Shown one piece after another: positions 41,439-53,895 of a stretch of 64,000 bases of DNA. Numbering within the stretch: position 1 is the first letter of the stretch; each line of letters begins with the position of its first letter. This DNA comes from Opitutus sp. GAS368 (GTDB taxonomy: Bacteria; Verrucomicrobiota; Verrucomicrobiia; Opitutales; Opitutaceae), in contig CAMAVZ010000004.1 of the NCBI GenBank assembly GCA_945861645.1, positions 1-64,000 of the forward strand. The letters run 5' to 3'. Position numbers and translations under genes: made by a program. Below the pieces are notes generated by a model that had not been told where the DNA came from, made no database searches, and saw nothing but the letters and a program-made list of their open reading frames with translations.

Positions 41439-41655
41439 AGGTGCGTTAGCCTAAAGGTAATGCGCCGTGATCGGGGGTGGGTCCCTGGAGCTTGGTGGGC
41501 GGGCGGTGTGGCTGGGGCAGGATTTTAACGGGAGAGCCTAGTGGGGGGGGAGTTGAACAGTAAATTTCCCCCTCGGCGCTTTGGGTCTGGCTGAATAATT
41601 CATTTGTCGGCTTGCAGAAATTGCGGGTGACCGCTCAGTAAAGAGAAAGAAAATT

Positions 41656-43338
41656 ATGTTCTACCCCCCATTGCTACTCAACAGCTCAAGTTCACGCAGA
41701 AATCTGCTTCACCACCTCGCTTGGCTGCGGGTCTTTATTTTTGCCGCCCTTGGTGGGGTGCTTAATTTTGCTTTCGCGGAGCCCACAAATACGGCCCCAG
41801 TGCCCGGTTTGGTTGGGCCGATCTTTAACCAAGATAGCACTGATTTCTTTTTTGAGCGTTCGCGCGAAGAAATAAGCGGAGAGTTAGTGGATGCTTACAT
41901 CGACCAACTCGCGCAGGATGGGGTGCGGACCTTCATCTCCTGCGTCAACGCCATGCGTGCGAATTACGCAAGCCGGGTGTGGGAGTCGGACTGGACGGGG
42001 TACGATGAAGCGGGTCCCGACAATCAGCCCATTTTGCGCTATTTAGCCCCAGGGGCCATTGTCCCGACGCGCCGCCGGTTGGACTCCGCGAAACGCTTAG
42101 CGGATCTGGGCGTCAATTTTCATCAACGCGCCTTGGCTCGCTGTCGCCAATTAGGAGTGGGGGCTTGGGTCAGCGTGCGGATGAATGACGTCCATGACTG
42201 CACCTTGGAAGACTCCCCGCTGTTGAGCAGTTTTTTCAAAGCACAGCGAGCGGCGGGTCAGTTGCGGGCGCCGCATCGCAACGCCTCGTGGCCTGATCGA
42301 GCGCTCGATTGGGAGCGGCCAGAAGTTCAGGAGCATTATTTCAAATTAGTCTGTGAACAATTAGAAACCCTCGATCTGGATGGGCTGGAATTAGATTGGA
42401 TGCGCTTTGTTTATCATTTCCGGCCAGGGCATGAATTAGCCGGTGGGCGCAGCGTGACGGCTTGGCTGCAACGGGTGCGCGCCGAATGCGCTCGCGCGGC
42501 GGTGCGCCTTGGTCATCCCGTGCGTTTGAGTGTGCGCGTGCCCTCGCGGCCGGAGACCGCGCGGCGGTGCGGCCTCGACGCCGTGGCGTGGGCGCAGGCC
42601 GGTCTGATCGACTTAATCGTGGCGACACCTTTTTGGGCAACGGCGGAATTTGATCTGCCGATGCTCGAGTGGAAACGTTTGCTTGCGGGCACGGGGGTGT
42701 CGATCGCCGGCGGTTTGGAGATTCGCTACCAACCGGTCCCCAATGGCAAAGCCACTGCCATGACGCCAGAATTGGCGGCCGGCGCGGCGATGGCGTTGCT
42801 CCACAATGGGGGCGATTACGTTTATTTATTTAATTATTTTCCGGGTCGGCCTGGCTCCAATAAAGTCTGGTCGGGCGATTTGTATCGGACTTGGGGGGCG
42901 GAGCGCTACCGCGCATTCGTGCAGGCGCTGAGCACTAGCAAAAAACTTGAACCACTCGCGCGCACGCATGCGGTGACGTATCGCGATATTCGTGCCCCCG
43001 GGGATCCGATTGAGTATACGTTACCTGGGACGGATCTGCGCAAAGATATGCCCTGGCCTTCTGGCTGTGCCATTCGCTTACCCACCGGCCCGCAGCCAGT
43101 CGGGCGCGCCGTTAAACTGATGATCGAATTTGCACCCGGGACCACGGCGCCGGAAAAATTAAATGTCTACGTGAATAGCGTGAAATTTACCGCGCAGCCC
43201 GGCCCCGCTGGTTTAGAATATAGCTATGTCATCCCGAGCCTGGCGATGCAGAATGAGGCGCAGGTTATCGAGATCACTGGCGACCAAGGGGCGCTATTCA
43301 GTGTGCTGCGCTTAGAAATGACGATCGCCGCGCCGTGA
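41656..43338 (+). CDS. Secreted glycoside hydrolase-like TIM-barrel protein (GHL10/DUF187-like)
   Basis: Signal-like N-terminus; S.RMNDVH, LD....EV, LDGLELDWMR, YLFNYF; C-terminal beta domain. Confidence 0.65.
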   Translation: MFYPPLLLNSSSSRRNLLHHLAWLRVFIFAALGGVLNFAFAEPTNTAPVPGLVGPIFNQDSTDFFFERSREEISGELVDAYIDQLAQDGVRTFISCVNAMRANYASRVWESDWTGYDEAGPDNQPILRYLAPGAIVPTRRRLDSAKRLADLGVNFHQRALARCRQLGVGAWVSVRMNDVHDCTLEDSPLLSSFFKAQRAAGQLRAPHRNASWPDRALDWERPEVQEHYFKLVCEQLETLDLDGLELDWMRFVYHFRPGHELAGGRSVTAWLQRVRAECARAAVRLGHPVRLSVRVPSRPETARRCGLDAVAWAQAGLIDLIVATPFWATAEFDLPMLEWKRLLAGTGVSIAGGLEIRYQPVPNGKATAMTPELAAGAAMALLHNGGDYVYLFNYFPGRPGSNKVWSGDLYRTWGAERYRAFVQALSTSKKLEPLARTHAVTYRDIRAPGDPIEYTLPGTDLRKDMPWPSGCAIRLPTGPQPVGRAVKLMIEFAPGTTAPEKLNVYVNSVKFTAQPGPAGLEYSYVIPSLAMQNEAQVIEITGDQGALFSVLRLEMTIAAP

Positions 43339-43393
43339 GTCTCACAAATGGTTTTGGTTGCGAGGGCTTTCGTGTATAACTCGAACTTACCAT

Positions 43394-43972
43394 ATGGCGC
43401 GAACTTCGGTCCGACAACTTTGGCAGGCAAAACTCGAAGGTAAAATTGCGCCGGCCGCTTGGCCAGTGGCGCCGATGCTGACGCGCTCCTCTTTTCATGG
43501 GCGCGTCCTCGGCATCGATCCCAGCTTGCGCGGTACCGGGTTAGCCTTGTTGGAGTTTAGTCCGGGTCGTTCCCCGGTGATGTTGCGCTGTCAAACGGTT
43601 AAGCTGCCCGCGAAGCATTCGATGGCGCAATGTTTGGGGGAGATTCATCGGGCGGTGGCGCTTTTTGTGGCCGACTTTGATCCTAGGCATGTGGCGCTTG
43701 AGCAGACGATCTACGTGCAAAATTTTCAGACCGCCCAAATTTTAGGGGCCGCGCGCGGGGCGGCAATTTCGGCCGCGGCGTTGCGCGAAAAAGAAATTTT
43801 TGAATATGCCCCGTTGCGCGTTAAACAGGCTGTCACGGGAATGGGCCGCGCGAGTAAGGAGCAGATGGCGCGGACCGTGATGGCGATGCTGGGGCATGGT
43901 CGCACGCTCGCTTTCGATGAAGCCGATGCCGCCGGGGTGGCCCTGTGCCACGCATTTACTTGGCGGGCTTAA
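43394..43972 (+). CDS. ruvC: Holliday junction resolvase RuvC
   Basis: LGIDPS, ALE, ARG, VKQAVTG.GRA.KEQ, DEADA. Confidence 0.94.
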   Translation: MARTSVRQLWQAKLEGKIAPAAWPVAPMLTRSSFHGRVLGIDPSLRGTGLALLEFSPGRSPVMLRCQTVKLPAKHSMAQCLGEIHRAVALFVADFDPRHVALEQTIYVQNFQTAQILGAARGAAISAAALREKEIFEYAPLRVKQAVTGMGRASKEQMARTVMAMLGHGRTLAFDEADAAGVALCHAFTWRA

Positions 43973-43990
43973 TGTGCTCGGCGTCTGGCG

Positions 43991-46663
43991 TCACTTGCCG
44001 AGGACGGAGCGTAGGCTTTTTCCGAGGTCACCGACTCGGTAGGGCTTGGTTAAGTAGTCGCAGAAGCCTAAGTCGAGATACTGGCGGCGCATGTCATCAT
44101 TGTCGTACCCGCTGGTCACAATGGCACAAACTTGGGGGTCGAGTTCGCGCAGCAGTTTGAAGGTCTCTTCTCCGCCCATCCCTCCGATGATCGTGAGGTC
44201 CATGATGACGGTGTCGTACGGCCGGCCGATATTGAGATAGCGCTTATAGAATTGGATGGCTTCCTCGCCGTTTTTGGCGAGGTCAGTTTTGTAGCCGAGA
44301 CTCCCGAGCATCTCACTGGTTAGTGCACAAATCTGGGGATCATCATCCATGAAAAGAATGCGGCCGGTGCCAAAGCGCAGACTTGGCGCGCGGCGCGCTT
44401 CAATTTCCTCTGGTTTATCCGCTTGGGGTAGGTAGACGGTGAAGGCCGTACCGACGCCCACATCTGATTGGACGCTGATTTGCCCATTGTGCTGCTTGAT
44501 ATTGGCCAAAACTGTCGCAAGCCCGAGGCCTGTGCCCGTTTTTTTGGTCGTAAAAAAAGCGTCGTAAATATTAGCGAAATGCTCGGGCTTGATGCCGCCG
44601 CCATTGTCGCGCACTTCTATCGCCACGTAAGTATCGGCCGGCAGCGGCGGGACTTCGCCTGCCGCCAGTTTGACGTTTTTGGCCCTGATCCAAATGCCGC
44701 CGCGGCCCGTGGTCATGGACTGGATCGCGTTGATAATTAAATTTTGAAAAACCTGCAGGATTTGTCCGCGATCAACGCAAATGGCACTGAGGTCGGGTTC
44801 CACCTGCAGATCGAAGTGCACGGTTGAACCGACCGCCGCGAGGCGGATGCTATCCTGCAGGAGATCAGCGGGCTTGATTACTTGGCGCACGGTGGTCCCG
44901 CCTTTAGCAAAAGTGAGAAGTTGCTTACTGAGACTTTTTGCCGCCAGGCAAGCGCGCTCACTATTTTCCAGGCCGGCGGGGTCCCGCGCATCCTTGGCCA
45001 TGGAAATTCCGCCCAGAATAGTGGTGAGTAAATTATTAAAGTCGTGCGCGATGCCCCCTGCGAGTTGACCGAGTGATTCAAAGCGGTTGGCGCGTACGAG
45101 TTCTTCCGGGGTCAGGGTCATCTCGTCGGGGTTGCGGAAAACGACGACCGTCCCGATCGCGCGGCCCACTTCATTAATCACGGCGCGGGTACTGAAGGCG
45201 ATCGGTACGGCTGGAGCGGCGCCGCGGTCAAGGGAGAATTCAGTGTTGAGGGTGGTGGCTTCGCCGCTGGTGAGCGCTTTCGCAATGGGGCTTTCCCCGG
45301 ATTGCCCGCTGAGACGATGGGTTAGGCGAAAAAATTCACCCGCGGGTTGTCCGATAATTTCTTCGGCGGTGCCGCCGAGAAATTTTTCCGCTTGGGCATT
45401 GATGAAAATAACTCGCCCAGTGGCATCAGTCAGCAGCACAGCTTCCTGCATTTCGCCTAAGAGGGTCGCGAGATGGGCGGCGGGTAGTTCTGGGCTGGGC
45501 TCAGTCGACCGCGCAGTCGGGGTGGACCCTTCTGGCATAGGCGCAATGAAGCCCAGCACGCGCTGGAGTTCCTTCCGGCGTGAGATGTGCCGAACGATGC
45601 CCGCGTGGACTAAGAGCTCTCGCCCATCGTGGTGGCGCAGCCGCAAATTATCAAAATAGGCTATCTGATTCGGATGCTGGGCGAGAAAATAGGCGGGCAG
45701 TCCCCCCGCGGTTTCGTCCATGGGGAGCGTGCGCAAAAAAGATTCGAGCGAATCAGGTAGCTCATGCTCCGCATAACCGAGTTGAGCGCGAAAACCGGCG
45801 GAGAGCCAGGCGAGCCCTTGAGAAAAATTAAGGTCAAACACGCCGAGGCGTCCGCGGTCGGCAATTTCGAGCAACCGTTCTTCCGCCCGGAGAGTGGTTT
45901 CTTCTACTTCCTTCCGCTCGCTGATATCGAGATGCGCGCCGATCACACGCTGCAACGCGCCATTCGGTCCGTAAATCTGCATGCCGACGCTTTGCAGCCA
46001 CACGTAGTAACCCGACGCATGCTTCATGCGAAATTCGAGGGCGAATTGCCGCGAGCCGGTGGCGCCGCCTCGACCTTGCCGGTCGGGCGCCGCGGCGGAG
46101 TCATCGGGGTGAATCAGGGTTAGCCAAGTTTCGTAGGTGTTGGGCAGCGCCGCGTCGGTGTAGCCCAGTAACCGTTTCCAAGTGGGCGAATAATAAACCT
46201 CTTGCTTGAGGAAATTGAGATCAAAGAAACCCAGCGGGCTGCGCTCATTGAGTTGCGCGAGAAAATTATCGGGCACCGGGGCCGGCGTGACCACGATCGG
46301 CCGCGGGGGAGCCGTGATCGCCAGGCGGTTTAGCAGCGCGAGATAGCGCCCCGGCTCATCACTAATTTTTTCGAGGCGCAACCAGACGGCAAAAGCGGGG
46401 GTCTCGGTCGGTTGGATTTTCAGTTCGAGGGTTTGGGCCTGCGCGGCGGCCAGCACCACTTCCCATCGTAAGGCGATCCAGTCCGCTTCTTGGGCAGTCA
46501 GGTCAAAGCTGAAAAGCGTGGGCAGGAACGCATTGACCAGCGGGGTAGCCGTGCCGGCCCAAAGTTCTCGAGCCGGCGCATTAGCAATCTCCACGCGTCC
46601 ATCAGCCGCGAGCACCAGCACCGCGGTGGCTAGTTCAGCGGTCGTGGGGCGATGAGTGAGCAT
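43991..46663 (-). CDS. Cytoplasmic multi-PAS hybrid sensor histidine kinase/receiver
   Basis: About 4 PAS/PAC segments (IHPDD, EFRMKH..G.Y.W), H-box AHDFNN, N/G boxes, receiver MDDD..MDL..SGY..KP; no TM segment. Confidence 0.93.
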   Translation of the reverse strand: MLTHRPTTAELATAVLVLAADGRVEIANAPARELWAGTATPLVNAFLPTLFSFDLTAQEADWIALRWEVVLAAAQAQTLELKIQPTETPAFAVWLRLEKISDEPGRYLALLNRLAITAPPRPIVVTPAPVPDNFLAQLNERSPLGFFDLNFLKQEVYYSPTWKRLLGYTDAALPNTYETWLTLIHPDDSAAAPDRQGRGGATGSRQFALEFRMKHASGYYVWLQSVGMQIYGPNGALQRVIGAHLDISERKEVEETTLRAEERLLEIADRGRLGVFDLNFSQGLAWLSAGFRAQLGYAEHELPDSLESFLRTLPMDETAGGLPAYFLAQHPNQIAYFDNLRLRHHDGRELLVHAGIVRHISRRKELQRVLGFIAPMPEGSTPTARSTEPSPELPAAHLATLLGEMQEAVLLTDATGRVIFINAQAEKFLGGTAEEIIGQPAGEFFRLTHRLSGQSGESPIAKALTSGEATTLNTEFSLDRGAAPAVPIAFSTRAVINEVGRAIGTVVVFRNPDEMTLTPEELVRANRFESLGQLAGGIAHDFNNLLTTILGGISMAKDARDPAGLENSERACLAAKSLSKQLLTFAKGGTTVRQVIKPADLLQDSIRLAAVGSTVHFDLQVEPDLSAICVDRGQILQVFQNLIINAIQSMTTGRGGIWIRAKNVKLAAGEVPPLPADTYVAIEVRDNGGGIKPEHFANIYDAFFTTKKTGTGLGLATVLANIKQHNGQISVQSDVGVGTAFTVYLPQADKPEEIEARRAPSLRFGTGRILFMDDDPQICALTSEMLGSLGYKTDLAKNGEEAIQFYKRYLNIGRPYDTVIMDLTIIGGMGGEETFKLLRELDPQVCAIVTSGYDNDDMRRQYLDLGFCDYLTKPYRVGDLGKSLRSVLGK

Positions 46664-46677
46664 GGACTGGCCGAGCG

Positions 46678-47739
46678 TTAGACCGAGCGCGGCGCCAGCT
46701 GGGCGGCGCTCAGCGGTTGGCCTTGGGCCCAGCGGCTCACCCGTTGCTCGAGAAAATCAATCCAAACCGTCTGGTCATTGAGGCAGGGAATATGCTGAAA
46801 AGATTCGCCGCCGGCTGCCTTGAAATCTTCGGCGCCCTCCATGCGGATTTCTTCGAGCGTCTCCAGACAATCGGTCACAAATGCGGGCGTAATAACGATC
46901 AGACGTTTTTTCCCCTCGCGCGGCAGGCGTTCGAATTCAAAATCCGTGTACGGCGAAATCCAGGGCTCGCCCGCGATGCGTGATTGAAAGGAGATCGACC
47001 ATTTTTTGGCATCGAGCCCGGCGCGGCGCACAAATTCGTGGGTCGTGCGGGTGACTTGCGCTTTGTAGCAGGTGGCGTGGGCGGGACTGCAGGTGGTGCA
47101 ACAGTCGGGCACGATTTGACAATGGGCGTGCGAGGAGTCGGCCTTCGTCAGGTGACGGACAGGAATCCCGTGGTAGCTGAAAAGCAGATGGTCGTGCGGC
47201 TGGCTAAAATAAGGGCGGGCACTTTCGACTAGCGCGTGAATGTAATCCTCGTCCGCGTAGTAGGGGAGCACGGACTCTATTTTCATCGTCGGGGCGATTT
47301 TAGCTGCTTCGCGGTATACTTTGGCGACGACCGTTTCCCAGCTCGACATCGCATAATGCGGGTACTGGGGAAAGAGCAGGAGTCGATCTACGCCTTGCGC
47401 CGCTAGGCGGGTCAGGGCTTCCGCGATCGAGGGGCGGGCATAGTTCATCGCCAGTTCAATCGGTAGATCGACCCGCGCTTGGAGCTTGGCCTGCGCGTGC
47501 TGACTCGTGACGACTAACGGAGAGCCGGCGTCGGTCCAGACTTGCTCATAAGCATGCGCCGATTTTTTAGCGCGGAACGGAATGATGATGCCATTGACCA
47601 GCAGCCAACGTCCAGGCTGGGGGGGGCGATCAATGACGCGCTCATCGCCGAGAAATTCCCGAAGGTAGCGCTTCACATCTGGGATGGAAGTGGAATCAGG
47701 AGACCCGAGGTTGAGCAGGAGGACGGCCGGCTTGGACAT
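46678..47739 (-). CDS. hemH: Ferrochelatase
   Basis: LLLNLGSP, GSPL, PQYPHY, FSYHGIP, FQSR, DCLETLEEI, PCLN. Confidence 0.96.
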   Translation of the reverse strand: MSKPAVLLLNLGSPDSTSIPDVKRYLREFLGDERVIDRPPQPGRWLLVNGIIIPFRAKKSAHAYEQVWTDAGSPLVVTSQHAQAKLQARVDLPIELAMNYARPSIAEALTRLAAQGVDRLLLFPQYPHYAMSSWETVVAKVYREAAKIAPTMKIESVLPYYADEDYIHALVESARPYFSQPHDHLLFSYHGIPVRHLTKADSSHAHCQIVPDCCTTCSPAHATCYKAQVTRTTHEFVRRAGLDAKKWSISFQSRIAGEPWISPYTDFEFERLPREGKKRLIVITPAFVTDCLETLEEIRMEGAEDFKAAGGESFQHIPCLNDQTVWIDFLEQRVSRWAQGQPLSAAQLAPRSV

Positions 47740-47830
47740 GGTGCTTAAAGGGTAGTTTTCGTGCCGAATGTCAATCGGTGGAGTAGCATTTTTGATTGCT
47801 CGAAGTGAAAGTAAATCGGACAACAACGCC

Positions 47831-49423
47831 ATGACTGCGTTGCGTCCACCTGTCTTGCTGATTATCCGCGATGGCTGGGGCCAAAACCCTCAGCCTGAGC
47901 AAAATAAATTTAATGCAGTGCATTTGGCCCAGAAACCCTGCGATGACCAGCTGCACGCCCGCTATCCTCGTACCTTAGTGGCGGCGAGTGGATTGGATGT
48001 AGGCTTGCCTGACGGCCAAATGGGCAATTCGGAAGTGGGGCATGAAAACATCGGCGCTGGGCGCATCGTCGATCAGGAACTAGTGCGGCTGAATAAATTA
48101 TTTTCCGAGCAGCAACTCGCGTCCAATCCCGTCTGGCGCGCCGCCGTCGCACGGGTGCAAGCCACGCCCTTGGCGAAACTCCACTTAATGGGCCTCGTTT
48201 CTGATGGTGGTGTCCACGGCATGCTGGAGCATCTCTACGGGATTTTGCGTCGGGCGAAAGCGGATGGGCTGACGTCAGCCCAGGTGTTTATTCATGCTTT
48301 TACCGATGGCCGCGATACGCCGCCGCAGAGTGGGCTCGGCTATATTCAGCAGCTGGAAGTTAAATTGCGGGAGATCGGCCTCGGGCAGATCGCGACAGTT
48401 TGCGGCCGCTTCTGGGCCATGGATCGCGACAACCGCTGGGAGCGCGTGCAAAAAGCTTATGATCTGCTGACTGGGCGTCAGGCGATGGCGACGGCCCGCA
48501 GCGCGGAAGCGGCCATTGCTAATTATTACGCGCAGCCACTCAGTCCGACGCAGCAAGGCGATGAATTTGTGCCCGCCACATGGCTGGTGGACGCCGCCGG
48601 CCGACCGCTCGCCACCATCGGCGATGGTGATGCGGTGCTTTTTTATAATTACCGCGGGGATCGTCCGCGGGAAATCACGAAGGCTTTTGTCCTCGATAAT
48701 TTTAAAGCATTTTCCCGGGGTAAGAAGCTCGATCTCTATTACGCCACAATGACCGAGTATGAGGCTGGCTTGCCGGTTCACGTGATCGCGGGTAAGCCGG
48801 CCGCTTTAAAAAATATTCTAGGACAAGTCGTGAGTGACGCGGGCATCGGGCAATTTCGCTGCGCGGAGACCGAGAAGAATCCGCACGTTACTTTTTTCTT
48901 TAACAACTACCGCGGCCCGCCGTTCCCGGGCGAGGATCGCGCTGGTCCGGCCAGTCCCAAGGTGCCGACTTATGATCTGCAGCCTGAAATGTCTGCGGCC
49001 GAGGTGACCGCCGCCGCCGAAGCAGCGATCCTTTCTGGTCAGTATGGTCTCATTGTCGTGAATTACGCTAATCCGGACATGGTCGGCCACACCGGTTCGC
49101 TGCCCGCGGCGATCAAGGCCTGTGAAGCGACTGATCGTGGGGTGGGGACCTTGCTTACCGCACTGGCTAAGATGAAGGGCCAAGCGGTGATTCTGGCCGA
49201 TCACGGCAATGCTGAGCAGATGTGGGACCCTGTTAATAACGGACCCCATACTGCGCACACGCTCAACTTGGTTGAAGTTTTCGTCGTCGGCGCAGGGTTT
49301 GTCGCCGGTCAGACTAAGATGCGCGCCGGCGGTCGCCTAGCCGACATCGCGCCCACGGTTCTCCATCTCATGGGGTTGCCCCAACCGATTGAGATGACTG
49401 GTCAGAATTTGATTTTAGGTTGA
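47831..49423 (+). CDS. gpmI: 2,3-bisphosphoglycerate-independent phosphoglycerate mutase
   Basis: DGWG, MGNSEVGH, DGRD, MDRDNRW, AETEK, NPDMVGH, ADHGN. Confidence 0.97.
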   Translation: MTALRPPVLLIIRDGWGQNPQPEQNKFNAVHLAQKPCDDQLHARYPRTLVAASGLDVGLPDGQMGNSEVGHENIGAGRIVDQELVRLNKLFSEQQLASNPVWRAAVARVQATPLAKLHLMGLVSDGGVHGMLEHLYGILRRAKADGLTSAQVFIHAFTDGRDTPPQSGLGYIQQLEVKLREIGLGQIATVCGRFWAMDRDNRWERVQKAYDLLTGRQAMATARSAEAAIANYYAQPLSPTQQGDEFVPATWLVDAAGRPLATIGDGDAVLFYNYRGDRPREITKAFVLDNFKAFSRGKKLDLYYATMTEYEAGLPVHVIAGKPAALKNILGQVVSDAGIGQFRCAETEKNPHVTFFFNNYRGPPFPGEDRAGPASPKVPTYDLQPEMSAAEVTAAAEAAILSGQYGLIVVNYANPDMVGHTGSLPAAIKACEATDRGVGTLLTALAKMKGQAVILADHGNAEQMWDPVNNGPHTAHTLNLVEVFVVGAGFVAGQTKMRAGGRLADIAPTVLHLMGLPQPIEMTGQNLILG

Positions 49424-49577
49424 TAGGCACAGGGGCTGGGTGGCCCAATTTTTTTCGGGCGGGCCACCGCTGTTATCCGCTGGGGCGCATAATAAGGGCG
49501 TGCCGTCTCGTGTCATAGGGGGTTAAATTCTGATTGCCCCGATTGGGGCCGGGCCGTTTGTTTGCGTGTTCTGCACT

Positions 49578-51748
<2,171 letters not shown>

Positions 51749-51776
51749 GCTCCACCAGCCTGTGCTCGCGGCGATC

Positions 51777-51806
51777 GCCGGTCACTCAATGAGGGCCGGC
51801 TTTTTT
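51777..51806 (+). terminator. Rho-independent terminator after first PII gene
   Basis: GCCGGTC.CTC/GAG.GGCCGGC stem plus T6. Confidence 0.75.
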
Positions 51807-51951
51807 GTGCCCCGTTAGCTGCCCTGCATTGGGCCCGAGCGATCAGTCGCTTTTGGTGCCGCGGTCGGGGCCTGCTCCGATGCCTTTAGCTAAAGCCTTG
51901 GTGCCATGGGGCCGGGAAAAAATAACGGCTACCGCATATATTTTTTATGCA

Positions 51952-51967
51952 TGGCATCATAGTTGCT
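51952..51967 (+). promoter_or_regulatory. Sigma-54 (-24/-12) promoter of amtB-glnK
   Basis: TGGCAT-CATAG-TTGCT with exact GG-N10-GC spacing, 22 nt upstream of amtB ATG. Confidence 0.85.
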
Positions 51968-51989
51968 TAAGAGAAGATGAGCACACTCT

Positions 51990-53441
51990 ATGAAAATAAA
52001 ATTATCTCGCTTACTCCGTTTCGCCACCTTTGCGGGTCTGGCGTTGCTAGCGACCCAGACCGCGTTGGCACAAACTAACGTCGTGGCTCCCGCAGCTCCG
52101 ACTTCTGATGAGCGCATCGCTGCGCTGGAGGCCTATATTAACAATACTGATCCGGGCAAATCACTCACCGGCGTAGCTGGTCCGGGTCACAATGCGTGGA
52201 TGATGACGAGCGCCGCGTTGGTGCTCTTCATGACTCTGCCCGGTTTGGCGCTGTTCTATGGCGGGTTAGTCCGCACTAAAAATGTGCTTTCCGTCATGGC
52301 GCAATGCTTGGGCATCGCCGGTCTGGTTACCATCTTGTGGTGGGCCTTCGGTTACAGTCTCGTCTTCGGGAAAAATTTCGGGAGCCCATTTCTGGGCGGC
52401 TCAGAATTTTTCTTTTTTAAGGGCGTCGAGAGCGCGACGAATACCGATTATGCTTATTGGGTCTCGCATAATGTTTTCGCGATTTACCAACTCATGTTCG
52501 CGATCATTACCCCGGCCCTCATCGTCGGCGCCATCGCGGAGCGCCTGAAATTTTCTGCACTCATGATTTTTGTCACGGTCTGGATGTTCGTGGTCTATTT
52601 CCCGCTCGCGCACATGATCTGGGGCGTCACGGGTTATATGAACGGTGTCTGGAATGCGGGGGCCGCGATTAAGGCCATCGATTTTGCCGGCGGCACGGTG
52701 GTGCACATGTCTTCAGGGTGGTCGGCCTTGATTCTTTGCTTAATTTTAGGGCCCCGGCTGGGTTTTGGAAAAACTCCGATGCCGCCACATAGCTTGGTGC
52801 TGTGCATGGTGGGCACTGGCATGCTCTGGGTGGGTTGGTATGGCTTTAATGCTGGTTCGGCCGCCGCCGCCGACGGCGTGGCGGCGAATGCCTTCACCAC
52901 AACGACGCTCGCGACCGCCGTGGCCTCGTTCACGTGGGCGACCCTCGAATATTTTACCCGCGGCAAAGCGAGTGTTCTCGGCTTTTGCTCCGGGGCGGTC
53001 GCTGGGTTGGTGGTGGTGACCCCGGCGTGCGGTTTCATCACCAGCACCTCTTCGGTTTGGGTCGGCCTGCTGGCTGGTGCGATTCCGTTTCTCGCCTGTA
53101 CTAAATTGAAAGGCTGGCTCAAATATGATGATGCGTTGGATACCTTCGGCGTGCACGCCGTCGGCGGCACCTTGGGGGCTTTGCTCACCGGCATTTTCGC
53201 CACCGCTTCGGTTAATGGTAACCTCACTACGAATCTCAAGGATATCGTCGGCCACTCCCTCTGGTTGGAGCAGCTGAAGGCCATGGGGCTGACGGTTATT
53301 CTTTCGGTGGTTTCAACGGTGATCATTGCGTACGTGATCAAAGCCACGATCGGTCTGCGCCCTGACCTCGAGGATGAGCAAACGGGCCTCGATCTTACTG
53401 ATCACGGCGAGGAAGGCTACATCTACGAAGCCAAATCATAA
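51990..53441 (+). CDS. amtB: Ammonium transporter
   Basis: Signal peptide, PGLALFYGG, FAIIT, DFAGG.VVH, W.GW.GFN, DD.LD.FGVH (twin His). Confidence 0.97.
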   Translation: MKIKLSRLLRFATFAGLALLATQTALAQTNVVAPAAPTSDERIAALEAYINNTDPGKSLTGVAGPGHNAWMMTSAALVLFMTLPGLALFYGGLVRTKNVLSVMAQCLGIAGLVTILWWAFGYSLVFGKNFGSPFLGGSEFFFFKGVESATNTDYAYWVSHNVFAIYQLMFAIITPALIVGAIAERLKFSALMIFVTVWMFVVYFPLAHMIWGVTGYMNGVWNAGAAIKAIDFAGGTVVHMSSGWSALILCLILGPRLGFGKTPMPPHSLVLCMVGTGMLWVGWYGFNAGSAAAADGVAANAFTTTTLATAVASFTWATLEYFTRGKASVLGFCSGAVAGLVVVTPACGFITSTSSVWVGLLAGAIPFLACTKLKGWLKYDDALDTFGVHAVGGTLGALLTGIFATASVNGNLTTNLKDIVGHSLWLEQLKAMGLTVILSVVSTVIIAYVIKATIGLRPDLEDEQTGLDLTDHGEEGYIYEAKS

Positions 53442-53449
53442 GCCCTTAA

Positions 53450-53800
<351 letters not shown>

Positions 53801-53823
53801 TTTTTGGGGGTAGTAGCCAACTC

Positions 53824-53857
53824 AGCCGGTCTCCGCAGGGAGGCCGGCTTTTTCTTT
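53824..53857 (+). terminator. Rho-independent terminator after amtB-glnK
   Basis: AGCCGGTCTCC-GCAG-GGAGGCCGGCT plus T-rich tail. Confidence 0.85.
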
Positions 53858-53895
53858 GATAAATGCCGCGCGCTGCCCATGATGAACTCCTCGTA

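Noticed and set aside
52634..53347. 237-aa ORF antisense to amtB
   Set aside because: Antisense shadow of a hydrophobic protein; no recognisable domain.
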